32,666 nucleotides of DNA from Macrostomum lignano (Eukaryota), in NCBI GenBank assembly GCA_002269645.1, contig NIVC01001891.1:92885-125550 (forward strand), written 5' to 3'. The position numbers were made by a program, and so were the translations under genes. This document shows positions 12,606 to 22,700 of this stretch, in pieces (positions within the stretch are counted from its first letter, which is position 1; the number at the start of each line of letters is the position of its first letter). The notes beneath the pieces are model-generated. The model made no database searches. It was not told the DNA's origin and saw only the letters and a list, made by a program, of their open reading frames with translations.

Positions 12606-13944
12606 CCCCTTGCTGAGAAATTTCCAGAAAGTTGTTTGAAATAGCCAGACTGAGGAGTGGGGAGGAGGCAGAAGGGCTAACGGCATAGCTCTGCCAAGCT
12701 CCGAGTGGTCCCCTGCTTGTCGGATCGGAATGAAGTCGATAATAAGGTTAGAAAGCATATGGATAAAGCGTGTAGAAGTGGGGGGGGGGGCACGGGACGG
12801 GATGCTGATTAGTGCATAGACGACCTGCGCTAAAAATAGATTCGCTTGCATCAGCCGGAGGAACTCCGCCTGGGGCGAGCGAGGACCGCAGAGTCACGAG
12901 AGTCTGAGGCTGGCAGGCGGGCCCAGGCCCACAAGCTAAAACAAATAGGAAGTCCTAGAGCAGAAAAATTCATATAGACAGCTAGGCAACCCATCGTATT
13001 CAAATTAATGCAAACTGCCGCCATCCTGCTTCCCTATTTCCGTAGGTTTGTAGGAATCGAGAAATGAGGAATGTTCAGACTAACTAAGCAGATTTTTATA
13101 TTATTTTCTAGTAAAGCTAACTACAGGAAGAGTGACGATTTATCAAGCAAAAATATGCGACTCTCCTTGTGCGTGCGTGCTTGCTAGCGTGTTCTGCTCT
13201 GCTTCGTGCGTGACTAAGGTAAAAATTGCCTCCGGGCAGGCAAAGGAGAAAATACGAATAACTCTCGAACTAGCGTTAATCCAAACAGTTATTGATAGTT
13301 TATAGGCTGCTAGCTATGTATATATAGCTTTCTTGCTTTTAAAGGCACTCTTTCCATTTCGTTAGAATTGGAGAAGATGAATGAAGACTCGCATCGAGTG
13401 CCTCAACTTTTTTTGGTCATAAATCATAAAACTTCTAGGTGCCTAATATAAGTACCAGCAAACTTAAAAAAATGAATGCAATAGCCATCGCCATTCAGTT
13501 TTCCTATTTTCAAGTCTCCTCGCCCTCGGCCCTCATACCTTATTACACCCGCCCTCACTCAATTCTCAAGAGTCGTCTTTTAGAAGAGCCCCCCCCCCGA
13601 GTGTCCCAATTCCAGTTTCAACCGACCACCCCCACTCGCCACCCACAGCCCCTGCAGTCTCAGCTGGGCTAGACGTATCAAGCGCGTAGGTGGTTTGAGC
13701 AGGGAAGGCGTGGTTGGGAGGAATAAATTTGGCTTCTATTTTTAGACCGGACAGCAACATTCTCCCTTCCTACTGTATAAGCTGTGTCTTGAGTTCTCAA
13801 AGCAAACTAGAGACTTCCTCATCAAAAGCAATACGTTTTCGCTTGTACTAAAAGAGATTTAAATTTAAGCGGCGACCGAAAAAAATCCTCTTAGAGATTG
13901 GAATGCTCGGACTTTCTTATTCTGTCTCGCAACTTCAACTTATA

Positions 13945-14956
13945 GGGTTTAATACCTAGAATTCCCTTCTGATGTATGATACCTTAGAATTGAGTGTTAT
14001 ACCTTAGAACTCCCCTCTTGAGTGTTAATACCTTAGAATTCCCTTCTTGAGTGTTAATACCTAAGAATTCCCTTCTTGAGTGTTGATACCTCAGAATTCC
14101 CTTCTTGAGTGTTGATACCTCAAAATTCCCCCTTGAGTGTTGATACCTCAGAATTCCCTCTTGAGTGTTGATACCTCAAAATACCCCTCTTGAGTGTTAA
14201 TACCTCAGAATTCCCTTCTTGAGTGTTGATACTTCCCTCTTGAGTGTTGATACCTCAGAATTCCCTCTTGAGTGTTGATACCTCAAAATACCCCTCTTGA
14301 GTGTTGATACCTCAGAATTCCCTCTTGAGTGTTGATACCTCAGAATTCCCCTCTTGAGTGTTGATACCTCAGAATTCCCTCTTGAGTGTTGATACCTCAG
14401 AATTCCCTCTTGAGTGTTGATACCTCAGAATTCCCCTCTTGAGTGTTGATACCTCAGAATTCCCCTCTTTGAGTGTTGATATATCAGAATTCCCCTCTTT
14501 GAGTGTTGATACATCAGAATTCCCCTCTTTGAGTGTTGATACCTCAGAATTCCCCTCTTTGAGTGTTGATACATCAGAATTCCCCTCTTTGAGTGTTGAT
14601 ACCTCAGAATTCCCCTCTTGAGTGTTGATACCTCAGAATTCCCCTCTTTGAGTGTTGATATATCAGAATTCCCCTCTTTGAGTGTTGATACATCAGAATT
14701 CCCCTCTTGAGTGTTGATATATCAGAATTCCCCTCTTTAGTGTTGATATATCAGAATTCCCCTCTTGAGTGTTGATACCTCAGAAGTCCATCTTTATAAG
14801 TGTTGATACCTCAGAAGTCCATCTTTATAAGTGTTGATACCTCAGAAGTCCATCTTTATAAGTGTTGATACCTCAGAAGTCCATTTTTATAAGGTTTAAT
14901 ACCTCAGAATTCCATCTTAAGTGTTAATACCTTAGAATTCCCCTCTTGACTGTTAA
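13945..14956. repeat. 28-30-bp minisatellite, about 1 kb
   Basis: Unit GAGTGTTGATACCTCAGAATTCCCCTCTT(T). Confidence 0.97.
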
Positions 14957-14959
14957 TGG

Positions 14960-15309
14960 GAGCCCGCAGACGAATTGCCCGTCGAGATTTGTCCTCAATG
15001 CTTAATAAGTCTTAATAAAGAGATTCACCCAAGCAAAAAGTTTCGATGGTAACTACATACAAATGCATATTTTTTCTTGTAAGGTTTTCATTTCTATATA
15101 CATACAGGGGTAACATCTGTGAGCTATTAACTCATGCATATGCCATGTCGCTTTGCCCCCGAAATCTCTTATTAAGACTTACAAAGTAATGGGGGGGGGC
15201 AACGCAGACAAAATCTGCCGCGTAGCAAAATGCGCTGCAGGAAAAAAGCATTGTGGGTAAATCTTCCGCGGGCAAATCTCGGCGGGCAATTCATCTGCGG
15301 GTGATTCTC
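14960..15309. mobile_element. Non-autonomous TIR element (MITE), Sola2-like
   Basis: 32-bp inverted repeat with 3 mismatches (14963-14994 / 15270-15301). Termini are GAG...CTC if a 5-nt deletion in the left TIR is allowed. Flanked by the 4-bp direct repeat ATGG (14956-14959, 15310-15313). Confidence 0.7.
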
Positions 15310-16072
15310 ATGGACCCAGCTGAGCTAGCACCAGCTGCCTGCTGGCTCAAAGAGCTGTTGGGGAAACAAAGACGCCGGCTGGCTTTTGCTTGCTCAAATT
15401 AAAATGATTGCGCCAACTTTTGCTGAAGTCCCGCTGAATCAACTACAAGTAAAAAAATGTTTTTTTTACCCATTCCCTTGAACTTGAACTTTGAGCCGTT
15501 GTGTACGAGCGTAACAGTTATGCAGCTGTAGTACACTGGGAATTTGGTTTAAATCTACAACTGGCTGCAGATCAAGAGTGACATGCAGGTCAACTCAAAA
15601 TAAGTCGTAACTGAGATTACATGTAATAAGCTCGCATGGGAGACGGAAACAAGCAGTTCAATTTCAGACTAAATTGTGTAAACACCAAAAACGCTATACT
15701 TCAAAAGTACATTGAATCTCGAGCCATAATTTTGTCGACATTGAATTAAAATTTATTGCGTTTGGGGTTCTAGCGTCGCAATTGACAGGCCGATTCTGTT
15801 GCAAAAGAAAGATTTTGTTTGCAGCAATCCTGATGTAGTAGCGACTCACCAGCAAAGAACTCGTTTGAGGAAGAGCTGGAGTGAGAGAAAATCCAATATT
15901 AGCATTCTGCCAATGCTTTCAACTTATGTACGCTCGCTCGTACAGTGTATGTTTGCCTTGTACGAGCTATTCTACACGGCATAGCAGACTATGCACACTG
16001 TACGGCATACTATTCATAGACCACCAAAACGCCCCAACAGCTACAGGTCGGAGGATCAAGTATGTCATCGAG

Positions 16073-17220
16073 TTGACTTGACTTACTTGACTTAGCTGCA
16101 GGGGGCTCCGTGCGTCCGGAAACAGCGAGGAGGCGTTGCCGCCCATTTCGCTAACCCCTGGCGACCACGGGCAGCTAGTGCTGCGGTGTCGCGCAGGGAG
16201 TTCCGGTGGCGCCGGCGTCCGCAGCGCGGTCCCCCTCCGGAGAGTCCAGGAGGTGGATTGTCGCTCGCCCGGTAGCCCTTAGGTAGCGGACGAGCTGGCA
16301 GAGATTCTCGAGCCTGAAAACGTCGGAGAAGTCCGGGTTTGGGCCGAGGTACCGTAGGTGAGCCTTCCTGAGTAAAGGCGGGGCATTCACAGATAAAGTG
16401 CTCCGCATTCTCGACACCGGAGAGGCAGAATGGCATTCCTCATTGAGGATTTTTCCCTGGAGGTGACGATGCCTGGCAAAACAGCCATGACCCGAGAGGG
16501 CCATGGTCACCGCCCTGATGTCCCTGCGGTTGAGTCCAAGCAGGGCCCTGCGCAGGGCGGAGGGAGGAAGGACAGGGGACAGCCGCGCGGGATTGCCGGC
16601 AGTCGGTGGCGTTAGCCCACCTCTCCCTGTGCTTAGAAGCCACCCACTGGTTGATCCGAGTGGTGACAACAGCGATGGGGGTGGGGGCCACGGGCAGGGG
16701 ACCAGTTAGAAGAACCGGTCGAGCCAGCCTTGGCCAGGCTCGTTGCCGGAGTGGCCCGAATGTCCGGGGATCCACCTTAGGGACACCTTGATAGAGGCGC
16801 CTAAGCGGTTGAGCTGCCCGATGCAGTCGAGGACTGTGCGCGAGCAGGTGGTGGTGCGCTCAAGGACGTGGATCGCCGCTTGACTGTCCGAGTGAAGGAT
16901 AATCTCCTTCCCCCCGACGCACTGATTGTACAGGTCCATGGCGCAGGAGCTGACGGCGAGAACTTCGTTCTGGAAGACGGTGGAGCAGGTGCCGGTGTGC
17001 TGGGAGAAGGTCGCCACTGTTCTCCCTCCAGACACGATGCAGTAGCCGTAGCCAGATGGATTTGGAACCCATCAGTAAAGCAGTGGATTTCAGTTACTGA
17101 AGCGCTTCGTCCATCCCAGGTGCCGAGGAAAGTGGGAACGACGGACGGCCTCAGGATGACGTAGATATGATTTTTTGCGAGGTCAGCAGTCTGCATGGCT
17201 TCCAACTCTGCAGCGCTGGA
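16073..17220 (-). mobile_element. 5'-truncated, degenerate non-LTR retrotransposon 3' end (RNase H + CCHC zinc knuckle; LOA/R1/I-group-like)
   Basis: Across frames: IHCFTDG, SGYGYCIV, VFQNEVLAV, IILHSDSQAA and [14 protein letters not shown] (non-LTR RNase HI), then MALSGHG..RHRHL and ECPFC...ENAEHFICECPAF (C-terminal CCHC). At least five frameshifts. A short AAGTC-type tandem tail lies at about 16073-16093. No RT domain and no TSD found. Confidence 0.88.
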
Positions 17221-17629
17221 CAAAGTTAGAAAGAGTCTATTCCTTCATTCCTTCATATTGCTGCATCGCGAAAACATCTGCGACTTCAAAAAAAGATTGA
17301 CCAAAAATGTTTTGCGAAAAAATGGATAATTAAAGCAATCAACGTTAATTGTTGTACGAGCGCATTTAAGTCTTTTTTCTAGCTGGTGGACGCAAAAAGA
17401 GTCTGTAGTGAGCGCTTCTATTAAATGCTGGTAGTTGAGCAAAAATAATTTAAGAAAATCTGTAAATCACTTGCACCTGTGCAGCTTAGGTCGGGCATTG
17501 GACAAAAAACAGGACAAAAAAAGAACAAATTGCATGGTACGCTCGTAGTTATAGTAATATTTTCGAGCATATAGTTAGAGACAATTTTCTTGTTTACTAG
17601 GACTCAGCTACATTTGCTCTTTGGCAGGG

Positions 17630-17995
17630 CAGGGGTCGGCAAACTCTGGCCCACGGGGCCACATGCGGCCCGAAAAACCTCTCGATCCGGCCCTCGGGTC
17701 CTTTGAAACTTCACACACAATAGCAACGCGGCCCGCTCAAGGTTTGTCTCTTCTCAGTTTTTTCCCAATCTCCTCTCTTTACTAATCTCCCCTCTCCCCT
17801 CTTTCCTCTCTCCTCTCATCTCCAGCCTTCTCCTCTCTCATCTCTCATCTCTCATCCCGCCTCTCTCCTATCTCTCACCTCTCTGCCCTTCTCTCCCATC
17901 TCTCTTCTATCCACTCTCTTTTCTCTCCCCTCCACTCTCATCTCTCTGATCCGCAGTCTTCTGTTAGATTCTCTATCTGGCCCTTCAGTTAAAAT
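17630..17995. mobile_element. hAT/Charlie-like MITE, right terminus missing
   Basis: Begins CAGGGGTCGGCAAACT..GGCCC..GGGCCACATGCGGCCC, typical of Charlie/MER58-type hAT ends. The matching subterminal ATCTGGCCCTT..AAAA lies near 17975-17994, but the expected AGTTTGCCGACCCCTG is replaced by the mariner fragment. The interior is CT-rich. Confidence 0.65.
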
Positions 17996-18000
17996 GCTCT

Positions 18001-18650
18001 TAACTGGGGATAAATGCTGGATCTACCACTATGACCCCGAGTCTAAGCGAGATTCCATGGAGTAGCGGCTCCCTTGGGAAGGCCCCCCCGCAAGTTTAAG
18101 CAAGCGAAGTCAGCTGGAAAGATCTTTGGCTGTTTCTTCTGGGACTGTCAGGGGATCCTGCTCGCCGGGTACCTGCCTGTTGGATATACTGTCACAGGTG
18201 TCCGGTACGCTGAACAGCTTGGCCGGCTTCGTCAGGCAGTTGTCCAGAAGATGCGGGGGAAGCTGAGTGCTGGCCCCTTGCTGCTTCACGACAATGCCCC
18301 AGCTCACACCGCCCAGGTTGCGGTGAATGCTGCCACCACTGCGGGGTTTGAAATCCTCCCCCATCCGGCCTATTCACCAGACCTGCAGGCATCCTCTGAT
18401 TTCCATCTATTCCGTCAGCTCAAGCGGCCAATTCGTGGGCACCATTTCGAGTCCAACGAAGAGGTCATCACCATCGCCAACCAGTGGCTGGAGGACCAAC
18501 CGGCCGACTTCTTCACCAGCGGTATCCGGGCGCTGCGCGACCGATGGCAGAAGTGCATTGATCGCCAGGGGGACTTATGTTGAAAAATAATGCAACATTA
18601 TTCCGAAATTTCTGCTCTTACTATGTAAACGACAAAACTTTGATAACTTT
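18001..18650 (+). pseudogene. Mariner-family transposase C-terminal fragment (DDD domain), disrupted
   Basis: TGDKCWIYHYDPESK (first D), AGKIFGCFFWD, LLHDNAPAH (second D), HPAYSPDL..SDFHLF (third D), RWQKCI..GD(Y)VEK*. In-frame TAG at 18063-18065, a frameshift near 18075 and another near 18576. No N-terminal HTH and no complete TIR. Confidence 0.93.
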
Positions 18651-19179
18651 TACTCCTTTCCTAGTTGCCTCCAGCTATCGGTGGGACAAAATTTGCTAGT
18701 AGGCATCAAATTTCCAGTCAGATATCCCTCGTAACTAAAAAAGTCCTTAATCATGGCAACGTCCACCAGTGAGTTAATATCATAAGCTAGCTATATAATT
18801 AATCAGGTTCGTCAGTCGTGGATAAAACTAGCTATCTTGTAGTACCCATCCAATTATTAATGACTGAGGCGACAGGATATGTGAAGTATAAAAGTAAGAT
18901 ACTATTCTATCCCTATCACATGGGCAGTGAGACGAAGTAAGTTCCACACGTGGAATAAGCTAGATTTCTAAGAATACTTTAGTAAATTAAATTAGTTATT
19001 GACTTGTTTTTTTCGATTCTACTCGTGGCTCTGCATCGGGGCGAACCTAAAAAAGTACGAAGCTAGACAACTACAAAAAGGGGCTTCATTTTTAAGCCCT
19101 GGTGGAACTCTATAAAAGGCGATAGTAACTACTACTATTTGGTCCTATCGTATCCAGTGCAGTGTAGTCCCGATAAGAA

Positions 19180-19442
19180 CAATAATAATAATTACAGGAG
19201 GGCTGTGACCACACTGTGACCACAATGCAACGCCTTCGGCGACATCATCCAACGTACATGTACAAACCCAGCGCTTAGGCAATTCTGCCCATTCCGCTGC
19301 CTCCTGAGCACCTACGAGTGTACAAACGAGCCAATACGGTACGCAGGCACACACCCATACACACGCGCAAACAAGGTGTGCGTGGGCCAAGACTTTCTAA
19401 TTGTTAGGGATGTACACTCTGTGTGCCTTGAGGGTAGGCCCC
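19180..19442 (-). mobile_element. SINE-like repeat, 5'-truncated copy with (ATT)n tail
   Basis: The minus strand reads CAAGGCACACAGAGTGTACA...GCTCAGG..CGGAATGGGCAGAATTGCCTAAG and ends in ATTATTATTATT; the same motifs occur at 8860-8985 and 25835-25985. Confidence 0.55.
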
Positions 19443-19526
19443 TATGCATGAATTAATAGCTCACCGATGTACCTCTGAATAAGAATGAAAACCTACAAGA
19501 AAAATAAGCATGCAGTTACTTTCGAA
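19443..19526 (-). repeat. Interspersed fragment homologous to the interior of the Sola2-like MITE
   Basis: The reverse complement matches 15043-15140 (TTTTTCTTGTA(A)GGTTTTCATT...GTGAGCTATTAA.TCATGCATA). Confidence 0.7.
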
Positions 19527-19774
19527 GGATCTTGGCACGAAAGACAGATGGGTTTACAGCTGCTATACTTAGCCCCGGTTTAGTTTATTGATGAACGAAT
19601 TCAATAGTTTGACTGTCTATGGTCTAAATTTGGTCCAAATACGGTTTAAACTCCTATTTGAGACAATAACTCACTTAAGCCACTTTATACAACGGTCCAG
19701 TAAGTTAATTAGTTTAATTTTCTTTGATAGAACGAACTTAGGTTCGCTATCACAGCCTGAAGAAAGTTAACAGC

Positions 19775-22700
19775 ATGCCATCTCTCGAGCCCAGACTGTT
19801 GAAGGCGGTGTCTGATTACACGGCTGAGGCCACAAACTCCGAGGCCGACCCATCTGACAGTGCTCAACAATTAGCTAACATTAATAACGACATTAGCGGA
19901 CATCGAGTGCATCGATTGCTTGACAGGTTCAAACAGTCGCTAATTGGAGGTCTGCTGCGTATTTCTGGTTCGCTGAAAGAGGCCCACAACGGTCAGTGTA
20001 ATCCTTAATTTGGTGACGCGGTTACCTGTGTACCTTCTTAAATCATTATACGCATACTATGAATGAAACTTAAATTAAAACATCTCGCAAGAATGCACCC
20101 GAAACAACCTAAGAAGGGAGCCCTAAACCATCCCACTAGAGAACCAGAGGATCGAGCCCTAAAACACCAGGGAATCGAGCCCTAAACCACCAGAGAATCG
20201 AACCCTAAGCCACAAGGGAATCGAACCCTAAGCCACAAGGGAATCGAGCCCTAAACCACAAGGGAATCGAGCCCTAAACCACAAGGGAATCGACCCTAAA
20301 CCACAAGGGAATCGAGTCCTAAACCACCAGGGAATCGAGCCCTAAACCACAAGGGAATCGAGCCTTAAACCACAAGGAATCGAGCCCTAAACCACAAGGG
20401 AATCGAGCCTTAAACCACAAGGAATCGAGCCCTAAACCACAAGGGAATCGAGCCTTAAACCACAAGGAATCGAGCCCTAAACCACAAGGGAATCGAGTCC
20501 TAAACCACCAGGGAATCGAGCCCTAAACCACAAGGGAATCGAGCCTTAAACCACAAGGAATCGAGCCCTAAACCACAAGGGAATCGAGCCCTAAACCACA
20601 AGGGAATCGAGCCCTAAACCACAAGGGAATCGAGCCCTAAACCACAAGGGAATCGAGCCCTAAACCACAAGGGAATCAAGCCCTAAAAATTGGGCTTCTT
20701 GAAGTTTATGTTGATAAAATACTTCCAATTTTGATAGGATCATAATTCCGTCTCTATAGGGGTTATAGCCAATTTGGGCTTCTTGAAGTTTATGTTGATA
20801 AAATACTTCCAATTTTGATAGGATCATAATTCCGTCTCTATAGGGGTTTTTGATGGTGCTGATTTCAAATTTGAGATCCATTTTTTGGTAGCTTTAACCC
20901 AATTATATGTAGCTTAAAGCCAACCACTGGGGCATGGGGAATGGGGGGTTTTAGGGTGGGGAGATTCTTCATAAGGATTGATTTTATCAACATAAACTTC
21001 AATAGAGGCATGGAGACCTATTGAAGATTGTGTTGATTTTTTTCAATCCTAATAGGGGGGCGTTATAGCTTAAAACCAACCACCGGGGCATGGGGAATGG
21101 GGGTTTTAGGGTGGGGAGATTCTTCATGAGGATTGATTATATAAACATAAACTTCAATAGAGGCATGGAGACCGAATTTGCTTACCGAAATCAAGTGCTG
21201 TTATTGCCTTAATACACTAGAATTAGTAAAGTAGCCTTGTACAGTTATTGGTTGAGACTTGAGAAGAGAGGTGCAAAGTGCTTCAAAGTTGCTTTGGCTG
21301 GGTGCAGTTAAAATGCGCAAGTGCAAAGATCAGGCGGGTCGTGACGTGGCAGTTTTTAAAAAAAGCGAACAGTGACATGGCACTGTCTATGCATTATAAG
21401 TAAATTGAAAAACTATTATCATCAACTATAAAAGACAATTGCATATTATTTTTCAGATATTAATATTAATCTTTAATTGGCCTAATGAGGTTCTAGCACA
21501 TGTGCTACTATATGAAAAGTCTAGTGGATACACTTTCAAAAATGTATTTGTAGAAACTTTTGCTTACCGAACCTCATTAAGAGAATAGGAAATCGAGTAA
21601 ATTGTGATTGCACCAACCGTACAGGTAACTTTCTGCTGTTTTATTTGCATTTTTGAGATTTTCGGTGTCCCATAAGTGTCCACCACAAGTTTTAGAAAAA
21701 TCGGAAAATTGGAAGTATTTTATCAATATAAACTTCAAGAAGCCCTAAAAATTTACCTCAAATCGTTTTATACCTCAAGCTTACTACTTTCAATTTCGAT
21801 TGTCGTTTAAGCATACCACTGCCTCCAGTACAGTGTCTGGATCACTGCCGCTAACTCAGGCAAGTTCTATGCTAAACCACCAACTGAATATACCATTGGC
21901 ATTGATTTTAGCGGAAGCTGGTCCGGGCGAAAAAGCTCCCGAAGATGACCAAACCGATGAAAATGCGGCTGTCGAAGGTGGCGCGGCAACCGGCACTGCG
22001 TCCAGCAGACGGAAGCTGACTCGGGCCGCTCTGGCGATGAAGAAAGCTGAGAAATTGTATAGCACCGAGTCCGAACTGTACAGCCTGCAGTAAGAAATAA
22101 CGTTTTTTGACAACAAATTTACTCACATCTAGCTTTTTGTGTGCCAAAATGTAGGTCAGTTTTGGAGACTAGGGTGATAAACCTCTGTGAAGCATTTGAC
22201 TAGTCTGGAATGTCGTCATGGCAAGCAGTCATGTCCATTACGTTGAATATTGAGCTTGCACATGAATACAGATACGTAAAAAGGTTGTTTAAGGTCTATA
22301 GCTGAATTTCTCATTCTTGAGCATGTACATACTCACCGCCTTGTCAGTTGGTCCTCATCGCACAATAGAGAAGCCCGCCGCTCGACACGCATCCCCTCGA
22401 ACTCTAACTCCCTCAGAGGTATACTAGACGACTATCGGTTGAATAATCCTCGAGTACTACCAAAGTCGTTGCGATTTCTTGTCACTCGATCGCGGCGTCG
22501 CGGACGAGGCGACAGCGGCAGCAACGTCGAAGGCGAAGAAGACGCCGCTGATCAAAATCTTGCCGCGGTGCACCCGCTGTTAGACCGGCTTGTCGTGGAA
22601 TTCTGCCAGAGGATGGGCATGATGGAGGCGGGCAGGCTGCCAGTTTATCAGGAGCGAATGTTTCTGTGGCTTAGCCGTGAACAGGCGCTGCGAATGCTGG

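Larger units (their letters stand above)
9483..13745. promoter_or_regulatory. Cluster of four MEF2-consensus sites around TENT5 exon 1
   Basis: CTATAAATAG 9483-9492, CTAAAAATAG 10122-10131, CTAAAAATAG 12830-12839, CTATTTTTAG 13736-13745; all fit the extended KCTAWAAATAGM consensus. Confidence 0.45.

Noticed and set aside
1782-14956. CRISPR-like arrays (regular 23-42-bp repeats)
   Set aside because: Units are head-to-tail with no unique spacers, there are no cas genes, and the context is eukaryotic.
20140-20690. Interstitial telomeric array (CCCTAAA in most units)
   Set aside because: Only one heptamer per 23-bp unit, not tandem telomeric repeats.
21215-21526. CACTA element (CACTAG...CTAGTG)
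   Set aside because: Only about 10 bp of imperfect inverted match and no 2-3-bp TSD.
21812-21911. Extra exon or GC-AG intron (CAG|gcaagt at 21860) in the TTLL-like gene
   Set aside because: Not needed: exon 1 (phase 1) joins 21912 directly in frame, and the segment has no homology support. It remains testable by RNA-seq.
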